Shown here piece by piece: positions 31,147 through 40,582 of a DNA stretch of 64,000 bases. A program made the position numbers and the translations under genes. A model generated the notes under the pieces. It was not told where the DNA came from. It saw only the letters and a program-made list of their open reading frames with translations, and did not search any database. Positions within the stretch are counted from its first letter, which is position 1. Each line of letters begins with the position of its first letter. Origin of the DNA: a virus (lineage: Duplodnaviria > Caudoviricetes); IMG/VR virus record IMGVR_UViG_3300025127_000001, positions 562 to 64,561 of that record, one strand, 5' to 3'.

Positions 31147-32864
31147 TATCCGTCACAAGCTAAGCAGTCTTCAGACATAGCAGCATCAGCTATATCGCCA
31201 CGTAATACAGACTCTGTTCTAACATAATATAAAGTTTTAATACCTTTTTTCCAAGCTTCCATATGTACCTTGTTAATCCACTTAGGCGTGGCTTGACTAG
31301 GAAAAGCTAGGTTAAGGCTAACAGATTGATCTATATATTGTTGTCTTATTCCTGCTTGATTAACTAATTCAAGTTGGTTTATTTCTTTGAAAGTTTTAAA
31401 AACTTCTTTAACTGGTATACCATGAGCAATTGTAATATCTTCAAGCTCAGATATATTCTGAACACTGCCCCCATCAGCCAGTATTTTATTCCATATCTCT
31501 TCATTATTTAATTTATGTTTTCTTAAAACCTTAATTAGTGTAGGGTTTTTTCTTATGAACGTTCCTTTTGCTGTTTGTTCGGTAAAAACATTAGCAGCCC
31601 ATGGTTCAATACCCGGACTAACGTTTCCACTAAGTTTGCTGTTGCTAACAGTAGGAGCAATAGCACGTAGGTGAGTATTACGAAGACCAGTTCCGCGACA
31701 CCACAAAGGTTCGCCATAAGTCTCAGCAAGACCTCTACTAGCTCTTTCGCTTTCGATTTTAATTTGTGAAAAAATCCTTCTGGTTTCGAATTGGGCGGAT
31801 AAACCTTCAAATGGTAATCCTTTCTCTTGGAGGTAGGTGTGCCAGCCCAATACGCCAAGGCCGAGCGCTCTGCCTTTTTCCGCAGATCGTACTGCGTTTT
31901 CAAATCCGTATCTGTATTTTGCTCTTTGAATAAACTCTTCCAGTACTCCATCAAGGAACCATATACTATCGTGAATAAGATTCGTGTTTCTCCATTCATC
32001 ATATTTTGCTAAATTTAAACTTGATAAACAACAAACAAAACTATGTGACTCATCAGTATGTAATACTATTTCGCTACATATATTTGTCATATGTACTTTT
32101 AATGCATTGTCTTTGTAAGCTTGGGGGTTCTGCTTATTCGTATTTCCTTTAAATAAAACATAAGGTTCACCAGTAGCTTTTCGTTTCTGTATGAGCTTGC
32201 TCCACTTACGTCTGGCAACTTTATCTCCTGCTTCAATTGCTCGCATAAACTTATCACCGACGACAGCACATTGGTGTAGGTTAAGAGATTGTCTATTGAC
32301 ATCTCCTTTTGGTTCTCTAATCTCGAGCCATTCTTCAAAATCGTCATGTTCAATGTTGATATTAACTGATGCCGCTCCTCTTCGGACAGATCCTTGATTA
32401 GTGGCAAGTATAGTCGAATCATATATTTTACAAAACGGTACAACTCCATCACTTGTTCCATTGTTTGTTATGTTTGCTCCGGCGGGTCTAATCATATTAA
32501 CTCCGATGCCAACTCCTCCGCCGTGTTTAGCTAGCAACATCATCTCTAAATTTTTTTTACCTATGTCTTGTATGCTGTCTGCGACATCAATACCAAAACA
32601 ACTTATAGGTAAACCTCTATCTGTGCCTGTATTAGACAATACTGGAGAGGCTAAACATAGCCAGCCTTTCCATATATAATCAAAAAAAGTATCAGCCATC
32701 TCTGGACGATACAAACGTTTAGCTATAGTTGTAGCCACACGTGTATAGGCATCTCTTGGTGTTTCACCTGGTAATAAATAACTACCACCAATAGTGGTTT
32801 TATATACTTCGTTATTTCCCCAAGCAGGGTAATCAATCCCTTTTTTCCACTCGTTGTTCCACAT
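31146..32864 (-). CDS. nrdA: Ribonucleotide reductase class I alpha subunit (no ATP cone seen)
   Basis: ISCF, TNICSEI, VCCLSS, IAPT, KTLYY, C-terminal CLAC. Confidence 0.95.
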   Translation of the reverse strand: MWNNEWKKGIDYPAWGNNEVYKTTIGGSYLLPGETPRDAYTRVATTIAKRLYRPEMADTFFDYIWKGWLCLASPVLSNTGTDRGLPISCFGIDVADSIQDIGKKNLEMMLLAKHGGGVGIGVNMIRPAGANITNNGTSDGVVPFCKIYDSTILATNQGSVRRGAASVNINIEHDDFEEWLEIREPKGDVNRQSLNLHQCAVVGDKFMRAIEAGDKVARRKWSKLIQKRKATGEPYVLFKGNTNKQNPQAYKDNALKVHMTNICSEIVLHTDESHSFVCCLSSLNLAKYDEWRNTNLIHDSIWFLDGVLEEFIQRAKYRYGFENAVRSAEKGRALGLGVLGWHTYLQEKGLPFEGLSAQFETRRIFSQIKIESERASRGLAETYGEPLWCRGTGLRNTHLRAIAPTVSNSKLSGNVSPGIEPWAANVFTEQTAKGTFIRKNPTLIKVLRKHKLNNEEIWNKILADGGSVQNISELEDITIAHGIPVKEVFKTFKEINQLELVNQAGIRQQYIDQSVSLNLAFPSQATPKWINKVHMEAWKKGIKTLYYVRTESVLRGDIADAAMSEDCLACDG

Positions 32865-33063
32865 CTCTTTGTTCTTTATTTTTTAATTCATCAACAATTT
32901 TTTCCCACTCATCTTTACCTACATGTATTTGAAAAGCAGTCAAAGTACCTTCAGACATAGTTGTGTTTGCTTGTACTTCTCTAATTAATTGTTGTACTAT
33001 ATTAGTTAGTGCTTTAACTTTATTTTCAAGCACTTTAACTTTGCTTTGTTTCTGTCCTTTCAT
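32833..33063 (-). CDS. Hypothetical protein
   Basis: 76-aa ORF in nrd operon. Confidence 0.55.
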   Translation of the reverse strand: MKGQKQSKVKVLENKVKALTNIVQQLIREVQANTTMSEGTLTAFQIHVGKDEWEKIVDELKNKEQRDVEQRVEKRD

Positions 33064-33259
33064 TTTTATAATCTATTATAAAACCTGTTAATACTATTAT
33101 ATTCATACCTATGCTAGACAATATTTCATACAGATCATGAAACGTATGTATAGATAAATGTATATGACCTACAACCCAAAATGGTATTGCTAGGTTTTGA
33201 CTGATCCATACAATAGTATATTTTAAAAATTGTTTCATCTCATTAAATGAGTAAACCAA
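33035..33259 (-). CDS. Small membrane protein
   Basis: Two hydrophobic segments; true start may be internal (MKQF). Confidence 0.5.
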   Translation of the reverse strand: MVYSFNEMKQFLKYTIVWISQNLAIPFWVVGHIHLSIHTFHDLYEILSSIGMNIIVLTGFIIDYKNERTETKQS

Positions 33260-33504
33260 GCTATTAAACCATTAAGGTTTAATGCTACTAAGTTCCATTG
33301 TTTACGTGACATTACTTGTATAATAACACATGTAAAACCCATCACATATAGTATAGGTTCTATTGTCCATTGTGCAGCTATCAAAAAGCCAGCGCCCATA
33401 TATCCAATACGAGACGCTACCTTTTGATATGCTGTTAGCTTATTGGTATACCTCATAAACTTTATAAGTCTATACCTCCATAATCTTTTAGCCTCCATTA
33501 CCAT
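33235..33504 (-). CDS. Small 3-TM membrane protein
   Basis: Three hydrophobic helices, 'KQWNLVALN'. Confidence 0.5.
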   Translation of the reverse strand: MVMEAKRLWRYRLIKFMRYTNKLTAYQKVASRIGYMGAGFLIAAQWTIEPILYVMGFTCVIIQVMSRKQWNLVALNLNGLIAWFTHLMR

Positions 33505-34457
33505 ATGTCTTCGAAGTCTTCGCCTTCATTTGCCTTCGAGTAATCAGTTGGCCTAATAGCGAAAAAGTCAGTATGGGTATGACCACCAGTGAGATGATAG
33601 AACCAATCGAGGTTTGCTGCAGCCTTCTTATCGTAATCAAATATCGAAATATAACCGAGCTCTTGTAGTTTTTCATTTGCTCTTTTTCTTATAAATTGTT
33701 TTAAGTCGTCTGCTTTTAGGTTTTCAATATCACCCATTTCAAACATCTTATCAATGTATTTTTCTTCTAATTCAACCATTGTTTTAGCAGCTTGTACTAC
33801 ATCATCTCTACAAAGATCTAATAACTTAGGATCTTCTTGACACATGTGTCTAAACAATTGACAACCCATTTTACTATGCAGTGATTCATCACGCACAGAC
33901 CATTTCATTTGTTGTCCAATTCCTTTGAGTAAATTGCGTAGTTGAAAACTATATAGTACAGCAAAAGCACTATACAAACTAACGCCCTCGGCAAAGGCTG
34001 AAAATATTGCCAAGCTTCTTCCAATGCCGACTGAACTAGTACCGTCATAAGCAACCAAGTTATCAAAACGGTCGGCTGTCGCAGGTTCGTGTAAAAACGC
34101 TTCATAATTTTCTAATCCTAGTGTTTCATTTAAATAACTATAAGCTACAGCGTGTATTGTCTCTTGCGAGCCAAACATCATAGCCATCTGCTGGATCTCA
34201 TGTTTAGGAAACCATGAGACAACCTTCTGAGTCCAGTAATCTGATACTGCACATTCTGTCTGGGCGAAACCGAGTAATATGTTTCCGACCAAGTTCTTCT
34301 CTTTATCATTTAATTTTTCTTTCCAATCTTTTAAATCACCTTGCATAGGTATTTCTGTATGCAACCAAAACGCCTGAGCTTGTTTTAACCAACCTTCTGT
34401 ATAGTACTCAGGATACTCAAAAGGTTTATATGGTATACGTTCATCAAATAATCCCAT
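33498..34457 (-). CDS. nrdB: Ribonucleotide reductase class I beta subunit
   Basis: AFW..TEI, ETIHAVAY (radical Tyr), EGVSLYSAF, RDESLH, DFF..RPTDY. Confidence 0.95.
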   Translation of the reverse strand: MGLFDERIPYKPFEYPEYYTEGWLKQAQAFWLHTEIPMQGDLKDWKEKLNDKEKNLVGNILLGFAQTECAVSDYWTQKVVSWFPKHEIQQMAMMFGSQETIHAVAYSYLNETLGLENYEAFLHEPATADRFDNLVAYDGTSSVGIGRSLAIFSAFAEGVSLYSAFAVLYSFQLRNLLKGIGQQMKWSVRDESLHSKMGCQLFRHMCQEDPKLLDLCRDDVVQAAKTMVELEEKYIDKMFEMGDIENLKADDLKQFIRKRANEKLQELGYISIFDYDKKAAANLDWFYHLTGGHTHTDFFAIRPTDYSKANEGEDFEDIW

Positions 34458-34621
34458 TACTTATAAAAAATTTCTAATGCAAAGTCTATAAATGGTAAAT
34501 AAAATACGTGTGCTGTTTGTTTTGGTTCATTGTAACTTCTGGCCCCAAACAATATACCTGGGTAAAATCCTATGGAAAAAGACCAATCATCTTTTACCTT
34601 GTCCTCTATATTTTTTGACAT
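34457..34621 (-). CDS. Small hypothetical protein (not in ORF track)
   Basis: 54 aa MSKNIEDKVKDDWSFSIGFYPGILFGARSY...; stop overlaps nrdB start. Confidence 0.55.
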   Translation of the reverse strand: MSKNIEDKVKDDWSFSIGFYPGILFGARSYNEPKQTAHVFYLPFIDFALEIFYK

Positions 34622-34724
34622 AATTTTTACTTTGTTTATTATTACTATGTTTACTTTTGGCGTGTACGCCGGGTCTTTTCTTTTTTGGTTTTTCTATATA
34701 AGCTGATATTGTTAATCTAGCCAT
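34587..34724 (-). CDS. Small basic protein ending KKYRGQGKR (not in ORF track)
   Basis: 45 aa MARLTISAYIEKPKKKRPGVHAKSK...YVKKYRGQGKR. Confidence 0.6.
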   Translation of the reverse strand: MARLTISAYIEKPKKKRPGVHAKSKHSNNKQSKNYVKKYRGQGKR

Positions 34725-34890
34725 AACATTTTATATTATATTCATTTTGTTTTTTAACTATATCTTTATACTTAACGTAGCCTTTCACGTCCCAAGACCA
34801 CTTAACAAATTTATCGATTTGACGCTCAGCGTATTTACGCCTAGCTAATTGTTTTTGTTTTGTAATATTAACCTTACTGTCTCGTCGCAT
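34717..34890 (-). CDS. Small hypothetical protein (not in ORF track)
   Basis: 57 aa MRRDSKVNITKQKQLARRKYAERQIDKFVKWSW... Confidence 0.45.
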   Translation of the reverse strand: MRRDSKVNITKQKQLARRKYAERQIDKFVKWSWDVKGYVKYKDIVKKQNEYNIKCYG

Positions 34891-35315
34891 TCTTTTTGAT
34901 TTTGTGGTTTATATAAAGTGAAAGGACCTATACGTCTTTCTGACATTAGCTTTTTAAATATTTTCCAACGTAATGGAAAAGACTCGTTGGCTCTACCTTT
35001 ACATTCTATTATAAAGCCTTTACCAACAAAGTCTGGTGTGTATTTCATATTAAGTATTTTTTTATTACCTCTATTTTTATAAACACCTTTACCATTACCG
35101 CATCGTTCATAACACTCAAATGGAAAGTCAAACGATTCAATCAACTCAAATGTTTGACCTTCATACAGGGCTGTTATACCAGCTTTCTTGAGTGCAAGAT
35201 ACATATATTTTTCTAATCCAGAAGCAAACTTTATCCCGTCGGCAGTAACTTTTTTACTTTGAACAGGACCTTTTTTCCTTTTATAAGATCTCTTCATCAT
35301 TAACTTCGATGTCAT
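34845..35315 (-). CDS. PD-(D/E)xK endonuclease, T7 endonuclease I-like resolvase
   Basis: F.SGLE, YTPDF, IECKG motifs. Confidence 0.8.
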   Translation of the reverse strand: MTSKLMMKRSYKRKKGPVQSKKVTADGIKFASGLEKYMYLALKKAGITALYEGQTFELIESFDFPFECYERCGNGKGVYKNRGNKKILNMKYTPDFVGKGFIIECKGRANESFPLRWKIFKKLMSERRIGPFTLYKPQNQKECDETVRLILQNKNN

Positions 35316-35592
35316 AGTGTTCTCCAGTATTACCGTTTTGTCCTATAACATTCATTCTATTAAGCATTGCCTCTTCTATTTCATCACGCAAGCAATGTCT
35401 TGCTGCTTGAATATATAACAATGCGTCCATTATTTCTTCTTGTACATCAACTAAGAAACGATCTAAGTCTTTAACCTCACCTTCTATTTCGTCCATCATT
35501 GTGGCACCATACTTCGCTTGGCCAATTAAACTACGTTCGTCTATTTTGTTAATTACTTCTCTTACTATTTTATCTTTTGTTTTAATCTGCAT
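35281..35592 (-). CDS. All-alpha NTP-pyrophosphatase-like protein
   Basis: 'G..KYG' and 'QEEIMDALLY' acidic helix. Confidence 0.5.
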   Translation of the reverse strand: MQIKTKDKIVREVINKIDERSLIGQAKYGATMMDEIEGEVKDLDRFLVDVQEEIMDALLYIQAARHCLRDEIEEAMLNRMNVIGQNGNTGEHYDIEVNDEEIL

Positions 35593-36346
35593 CTTTTACA
35601 AATGTTCCGTTAATCATTTTACCTGTTCTTGCTGCAATCACATTGTAAGCTGAATCAATACAGTCTTCAATTTCAAGCCCTTGTAAATGAGCAAGGTTTG
35701 TTAATACAACAACCATATCACCGATAGCGTCTATGATTTCTTCTTTGTCTTTGTCTAACAAAGCTTTGGCTAACTCGCCAGCTTCTTCCATAAGCTTAAC
35801 ATACTGCGTATGTGAATTGCCTTTGTCATACAGCCCGCGTGTAGCAGCCCAGTCTCTAATTAGATCAAAACGATCTTCATGTGTTTGTATATCGGGATTA
35901 TGTGTTGGATTAAAATAAGCTTCATAAAAAGCTTTGTTATAAATATAGCTTCTGTTTTCATTAAACATAGACGTTTTAACATTAGCCATTATCCATGGAA
36001 TAGTTTGTTTGGTAATTTCAAACTGGCCAAATTCCGTTTGCCAAGTTAAACCTACGTGGTCCATCAATTGTCCTTTTAATTTATTAACTGGACAGTTAAA
36101 TGTTGAGGTTTGTTCTGTTGCATTTATTTTCATTTTATTAAATAAATTTTTATAAGGTTTTAAATCTACTTTATAGCCGTAAGATTGTTGAAGTTCTATC
36201 TCTTTATCCGATATGTAATCTATATCTTCTGACTGATCAAGAACTTCGTATTCACCCTCCTTATAGCCTTGCATAAGGGTAACCCTGTTATTAAGATTAC
36301 GTGTAACACCAATCTTTTTACCTGGTATGTGGTATAAATAATACAT
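35582..36346 (-). CDS. MazG-like NTP pyrophosphohydrolase with N-terminal extension
   Basis: C-terminal KLMEEAGELA...IDAIGD..VVL; N-terminal YLYHI..KKIGVT resembles GIY-YIG. Confidence 0.75.
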   Translation of the reverse strand: MYYLYHIPGKKIGVTRNLNNRVTLMQGYKEGEYEVLDQSEDIDYISDKEIELQQSYGYKVDLKPYKNLFNKMKINATEQTSTFNCPVNKLKGQLMDHVGLTWQTEFGQFEITKQTIPWIMANVKTSMFNENRSYIYNKAFYEAYFNPTHNPDIQTHEDRFDLIRDWAATRGLYDKGNSHTQYVKLMEEAGELAKALLDKDKEEIIDAIGDMVVVLTNLAHLQGLEIEDCIDSAYNVIAARTGKMINGTFVKDAD

Positions 36347-36349
36347 AAG

Positions 36350-37018
36350 TTATAATTTGTCTTTATATAAGTGCATATTATGAGCATGATGATAATACCA
36401 GCCCATGTCTAAATCTAATCTCTGTGCAATCATTTTTTGTAATGATGAGAACTGATACTGATCGTTACAGAAACCATACCAGATGTCGTTAGAACGCATA
36501 AAAACAGACATGTTTAATCTGTCTTTAAGTCCTAGTGTACTAGTCACTGGTGTTATATGAAACTGTACTGCATAAGTACATGGTGTATCTTTTCTGTATT
36601 GTTCATATTCTTTTGCATCATATATACTTATTGCAGCGTGTCTAGTTGTTTTGTTTTCTCTTAGTTTACCAACAACATAATCTATTTGATTATTACGCTG
36701 CCATTGCCAACCGTAGTTAGACATAACGTTACCGTCGGTGTCTGCCATACGTTCCCATATAGGTGGCACTTTGCCATATAACTCACCTAGCTTTTTAATA
36801 TTTCTATCACCTGATAAATACCATTGCCATTCAGCTTCAGCATACTCAAGCTTCCAATTACGTTGCTTATTTGTTATATGGTTATTAAGCGGATCTTGTA
36901 TATAAAATCCTACGTTCCACAAAGCTTTTGTGTTATCATAGTCTACACCTTCTGTAATTAAAAGGTCTAACGTATGTTCGTAAGCTTTATTGGCGTTTCT
37001 AAATACTGTTCTTGCCAT
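36350..37018 (-). CDS. Thymidylate-synthase-fold enzyme, dCMP hydroxymethylase-like
   Basis: DTPCT catalytic Cys, MRSNDIWYGFCND, H.Y; Asp at the ThyA Asn177 position. Confidence 0.8.
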   Translation of the reverse strand: MARTVFRNANKAYEHTLDLLITEGVDYDNTKALWNVGFYIQDPLNNHITNKQRNWKLEYAEAEWQWYLSGDRNIKKLGELYGKVPPIWERMADTDGNVMSNYGWQWQRNNQIDYVVGKLRENKTTRHAAISIYDAKEYEQYRKDTPCTYAVQFHITPVTSTLGLKDRLNMSVFMRSNDIWYGFCNDQYQFSSLQKMIAQRLDLDMGWYYHHAHNMHLYKDKL

Positions 37019-37277
37019 ATTTGTTATAATAATATTTATAATACTCGTACATCTTTTCCCAAACCTCTATTGCATGATATTGATCTGGTGATTTATATAC
37101 TTTATTTTTAATTTTAATTTCAATAGCCCAAGGAGATGTTAACTTACACTCAGGAAATATAATTATACCATTGTTTATACACCATCTGTATGCCTCAAAC
37201 TCTTCTTCAGTCTTTTCATACTTGCCATAGTGTATAACGTTTTGATTTTTATTCCCACGGTAAGGCATCGTCTTCAT
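36999..37277 (-). CDS. Hypothetical protein
   Basis: 92-aa ORF in replication operon. Confidence 0.5.
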   Translation of the reverse strand: MKTMPYRGNKNQNVIHYGKYEKTEEEFEAYRWCINNGIIIFPECKLTSPWAIEIKIKNKVYKSPDQYHAIEVWEKMYEYYKYYYNKYGKNSI

Positions 37278-38967
37278 TTACTACATCTAGTTGCGGTATA
37301 AAGCTACCAGATCTTGGTTCCCATTTGAAATGTGCTTCAGCACCGTTCTCACCTAAATTTTGAAACTTAACTTTAAGTACTTTAGCTTTAACTGTTTTAG
37401 CTTCGTAATCTCTATGTACTAATAACCCGTGATAGCTAGCGTCATACCATTCACCACCGCCTTTAATGTTGTACATATTAGGTTCTTGTATTTGACCTTT
37501 ATCGTTTTTCATCATCTTAGTAGGGTGAGCTACTATAAAAACTAAAGCATCATACTTTTTAGCAAAAGCTTCTATCTTCATTAAGTAATCCATTGTGTAA
37601 CGATTAACATCGTCTGACACAGCGTTTATATCTCTGACTTTATTATAAGGATCAATGACTAAGCATTTAATACCTTTACGTTTAACCAGCTCAGCACCCT
37701 TACGTAACACTGATTCAAGGTCGTACTTGTCCATGTCAATAAAATAAAAGTTATCATTAACATGACTAGCAACCTCTTTCCATTTAGCACTACCTATATC
37801 ATGAGTGCTTGGCATGTCACCCCATACCTTACGCATTAACTTATGAGCGTGTAGATATGTTGGTGCGTTTTCAGGGCTAGCAAAAGCTGTTTTCCAGCCG
37901 TAGTTTTTATTATAACCTACAACCATTTGGTCAACAAAATCAGACTTACCGCTACTAGGTATCCCAGTAACAGTAATAAACTGACCTGTGTATGTACTGA
38001 AGATTTTGTCGAAGTTAGAGAGACCAACTTGGTAACCCGGTTTAAAACCATGTTTAACAAAGTCGGTGACTTCTGTTTCGATGTCTTTGAACGTTGTAAC
38101 GTTTTCGAGTGGATACGGTCTTGCTTTGTTAACACACTCTGCCAGTTTTTCTTTTCCATACTTTACTAAATATTCATTAGCGTCTTTACAGTCGTCAAGG
38201 TCTACTAAAAAACAAACTTCAGCACCAAGCCTACGTACAAACTCTTGTTGTAACATTAAGCCTGCATCGTCTTTGTCTATAGCTAAAAGTATTTTTTCTT
38301 TGTCTTCAAAGTAATCAATACAGTTATCTAAATAATCTAAGTTGTTATTAGTAAGCGTTGCGCCGTTAGGAACTGATATAACATTTTTAATACCTGCTTC
38401 GTGAAAAGATAATGTATCTATTTCACCTTCTGTTATAACGCAATTGTCATAACCTATAATACTATTGATATTATAAAATACTTTTTCAGCACCTTTATAT
38501 AATTTAAAATTCTTACGACCATCTCTATATTTAACATTAATAAGTTGATCGCCCATGTAGTAATTAAACTTTATGGTATTCTCGGTTTTGCCGGTTTGTG
38601 GCATATACTCAGGACCCTCACTGATTTGTAAATCAATAAGAGTCTGAGTTGATATACCTCTTGTGTCAAACCATTCAGCTACTTTAGTTCGTGGTATATT
38701 CCATTCATCAGCCGGTGGTTCGACTGGTCTAACATATACACGTTCGCTAGCACCCTTACGTTGGTACGTGTGCAGCTGAAATGATGTGCTACAGTTGTGA
38801 CATGTACCGAGACCACGTTCCCAATCATAAGAAGCACATTTTGCTTTTTGATTCTTGGGTTTTCTAGTGTGCGAGCAAAGAGGACATATGCCCTGCTTTT
38901 TCCCTTCTTCTAGCTTATATTGATTGAACTGGTCAATCAAAAATCCATTGATCTCTGTTGTCTGCAT
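37249..38967 (-). CDS. T7 gp4/Twinkle-like primase-helicase
   Basis: Zn finger CPLC..CHNC, TOPRIM EGEID..D.D.AG..KDANE, Walker A GIPSSGKS, VIDP, VAHP. Confidence 0.93.
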   Translation of the reverse strand: MQTTEINGFLIDQFNQYKLEEGKKQGICPLCSHTRKPKNQKAKCASYDWERGLGTCHNCSTSFQLHTYQRKGASERVYVRPVEPPADEWNIPRTKVAEWFDTRGISTQTLIDLQISEGPEYMPQTGKTENTIKFNYYMGDQLINVKYRDGRKNFKLYKGAEKVFYNINSIIGYDNCVITEGEIDTLSFHEAGIKNVISVPNGATLTNNNLDYLDNCIDYFEDKEKILLAIDKDDAGLMLQQEFVRRLGAEVCFLVDLDDCKDANEYLVKYGKEKLAECVNKARPYPLENVTTFKDIETEVTDFVKHGFKPGYQVGLSNFDKIFSTYTGQFITVTGIPSSGKSDFVDQMVVGYNKNYGWKTAFASPENAPTYLHAHKLMRKVWGDMPSTHDIGSAKWKEVASHVNDNFYFIDMDKYDLESVLRKGAELVKRKGIKCLVIDPYNKVRDINAVSDDVNRYTMDYLMKIEAFAKKYDALVFIVAHPTKMMKNDKGQIQEPNMYNIKGGGEWYDASYHGLLVHRDYEAKTVKAKVLKVKFQNLGENGAEAHFKWEPRSGSFIPQLDVVNEDDALPWE

Positions 38968-39365
38968 TATTTATACTGTTTTAAAATAGTATACATCTTT
39001 ATATCCGTGTCACTGTCCCATATATAATTAAGCTCTTTATCAAACATAATTAAATAAGGCGTTTCAATGTCACAAGGGTCATAGTTTATATTTAATTTTC
39101 TTTTTATATTGTAAACCCAAATAGAATCTGCTTTGTAGCATTTAACAACCACAGTGTTAAAACTTTTATTTATTATTCTATAATACTTTTCAGTATTTAG
39201 TTTGTCTACAATGTCATAAGACTTTTGTTTTCTATCTAAATATAAATACAAGTAATTTTTACTTGGATCACGATCACCAAGCGATTGACCAAGCTCGTAT
39301 GTTAGAACTTGGCCATAAGTCGCTAGGCTTAAAAATAAAAAAACTAAACTAAAACGGTAGGTCAT
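38967..39365 (-). CDS. Hypothetical protein with signal peptide
   Basis: Hydrophobic N-terminus, 132 aa. Confidence 0.45.
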   Translation of the reverse strand: MTYRFSLVFLFLSLATYGQVLTYELGQSLGDRDPSKNYLYLYLDRKQKSYDIVDKLNTEKYYRIINKSFNTVVVKCYKADSIWVYNIKRKLNINYDPCDIETPYLIMFDKELNYIWDSDTDIKMYTILKQYK

Positions 39366-39666
39366 CTTCTACCTCGTTGACAGCCGCTGGTTGTGGTGTG
39401 CCCACAGCTGATTCCTGTTTAGGAGCAGGTGCAACGTTCTCTCCATTCGTCCATACAACTTTTACATTACCTAAATAAACTTTATCAACTTTAGCATCTC
39501 TTTCCTCTTTAGTCTGTTGAACTATAACAGGTCCGTTATTGCCAAAGTTATCTAGCTCATCGTTGATAGTAATAGTTATAGGTAAGTATTTACCTTTTTT
39601 ACCATTGATAATTTTATCTTTTGGTATTTTAGTAAGGTCAATACTAGTTGCTATAATACTTGCCAT
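39349..39666 (-). CDS. Putative single-stranded DNA-binding protein
   Basis: Acidic tail EDDLPF; beta-rich core; next to recombination genes. Confidence 0.7.
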   Translation of the reverse strand: MASIIATSIDLTKIPKDKIINGKKGKYLPITITINDELDNFGNNGPVIVQQTKEERDAKVDKVYLGNVKVVWTNGENVAPAPKQESAVGTPQPAAVNEVEDDLPF

Positions 39667-39667
39667 A

Positions 39668-39847
39668 CTATACGTATTGATTTATTTGATTAAACATTCT
39701 AGCTAACTGATCTTTAGTCGCGTTAGTAGTTCTTCTTAAGTTATCTACAGCTTTAACATGATTTTGGTTTGCGTAGAAATTAGTTGTACTAGTTTCTAAT
39801 CCTGTTACACTGCATACTTTTAATTGAGGTTTTCTGGTTCTTGCCAT
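39668..39847 (-). CDS. Small hypothetical protein (not in ORF track)
   Basis: 59 aa MARTRKPQLKVCSVTGLETSTTNFY... Confidence 0.55.
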   Translation of the reverse strand: MARTRKPQLKVCSVTGLETSTTNFYANQNHVKAVDNLRRTTNATKDQLARMFNQINQYV

Positions 39848-39856
39848 ATTAATTAA

Positions 39857-40582
39857 TTAAAGGGTTTTGTTAATAAAATATTGTGAAGCATCAAAGTCTT
39901 TTGTTTTGTAAAATAACTCATAAGCTTCTGTCGCCTTACGTACTTTGTCAAGCCCACGCTCTAAAAAGTCTGACGAACAATCAAACAAGCCTATTTGATG
40001 AGTGTTTTTATCTATAACAATAAATAACATTTCGTAACCAAATAGTTTGTTATAAATGTATGCTTGACTGTCGTAATTATATTTCCAGGCTGATCTTGAA
40101 AAAGCCATTATGTCATTAGTAGTTTTTAAATCAATTACTAATTTTTCATCATGGTTAATAATATCAGCTTTGCCTTTCCACATATTACCCTCAAGCTTTG
40201 TTACGCCAGGTTGTTCATATTCTACGTTGTTACCACGAATAAGATCTTTACATATTTTATTATTTAATATCTTATCTGACATAACATCTATCATGTCAAC
40301 TTCGTGTTGTAACAAGCATAGCTCGCCGCCTGACATCTCTTTATAAGCCTTCGTGTTCCTAGTCGATGAAGGTATTACTAGGTATTTCTTCAACTTATCT
40401 GGTTCAAGAATAGCTGTGTGAAAATATCCACCAACTAAGAACGCTGCTGAAGGCTTACTTGGTTTCCCAAGCAATAAAGGATTTTTTAGTAACGTACTGA
40501 TGTCAGAATTACTAAGATACTTCTTACCGAACTCACCGTAGTAATGTTTGTCATCACGTAGTTTTTCTATTATTTTATCCAT
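39857..40582 (-). CDS. PD-(D/E)xK exonuclease (RecE/ExoVIII-like)
   Basis: LS.S.I, G..FH..ILEP, KGKAD, IDLKTT, Y..QA..Y. Confidence 0.85.
   Translation of the reverse strand: MDKIIEKLRDDKHYYGEFGKKYLSNSDISTLLKNPLLLGKPSKPSAAFLVGGYFHTAILEPDKLKKYLVIPSSTRNTKAYKEMSGGELCLLQHEVDMIDVMSDKILNNKICKDLIRGNNVEYEQPGVTKLEGNMWKGKADIINHDEKLVIDLKTTNDIMAFSRSAWKYNYDSQAYIYNKLFGYEMLFIVIDKNTHQIGLFDCSSDFLERGLDKVRKATEAYELFYKTKDFDASQYFINKTL

Noticed and set aside
31146-34457. Intron or intein in nrdA/nrdB
   Set aside because: Both ORFs are continuous and of normal compact length
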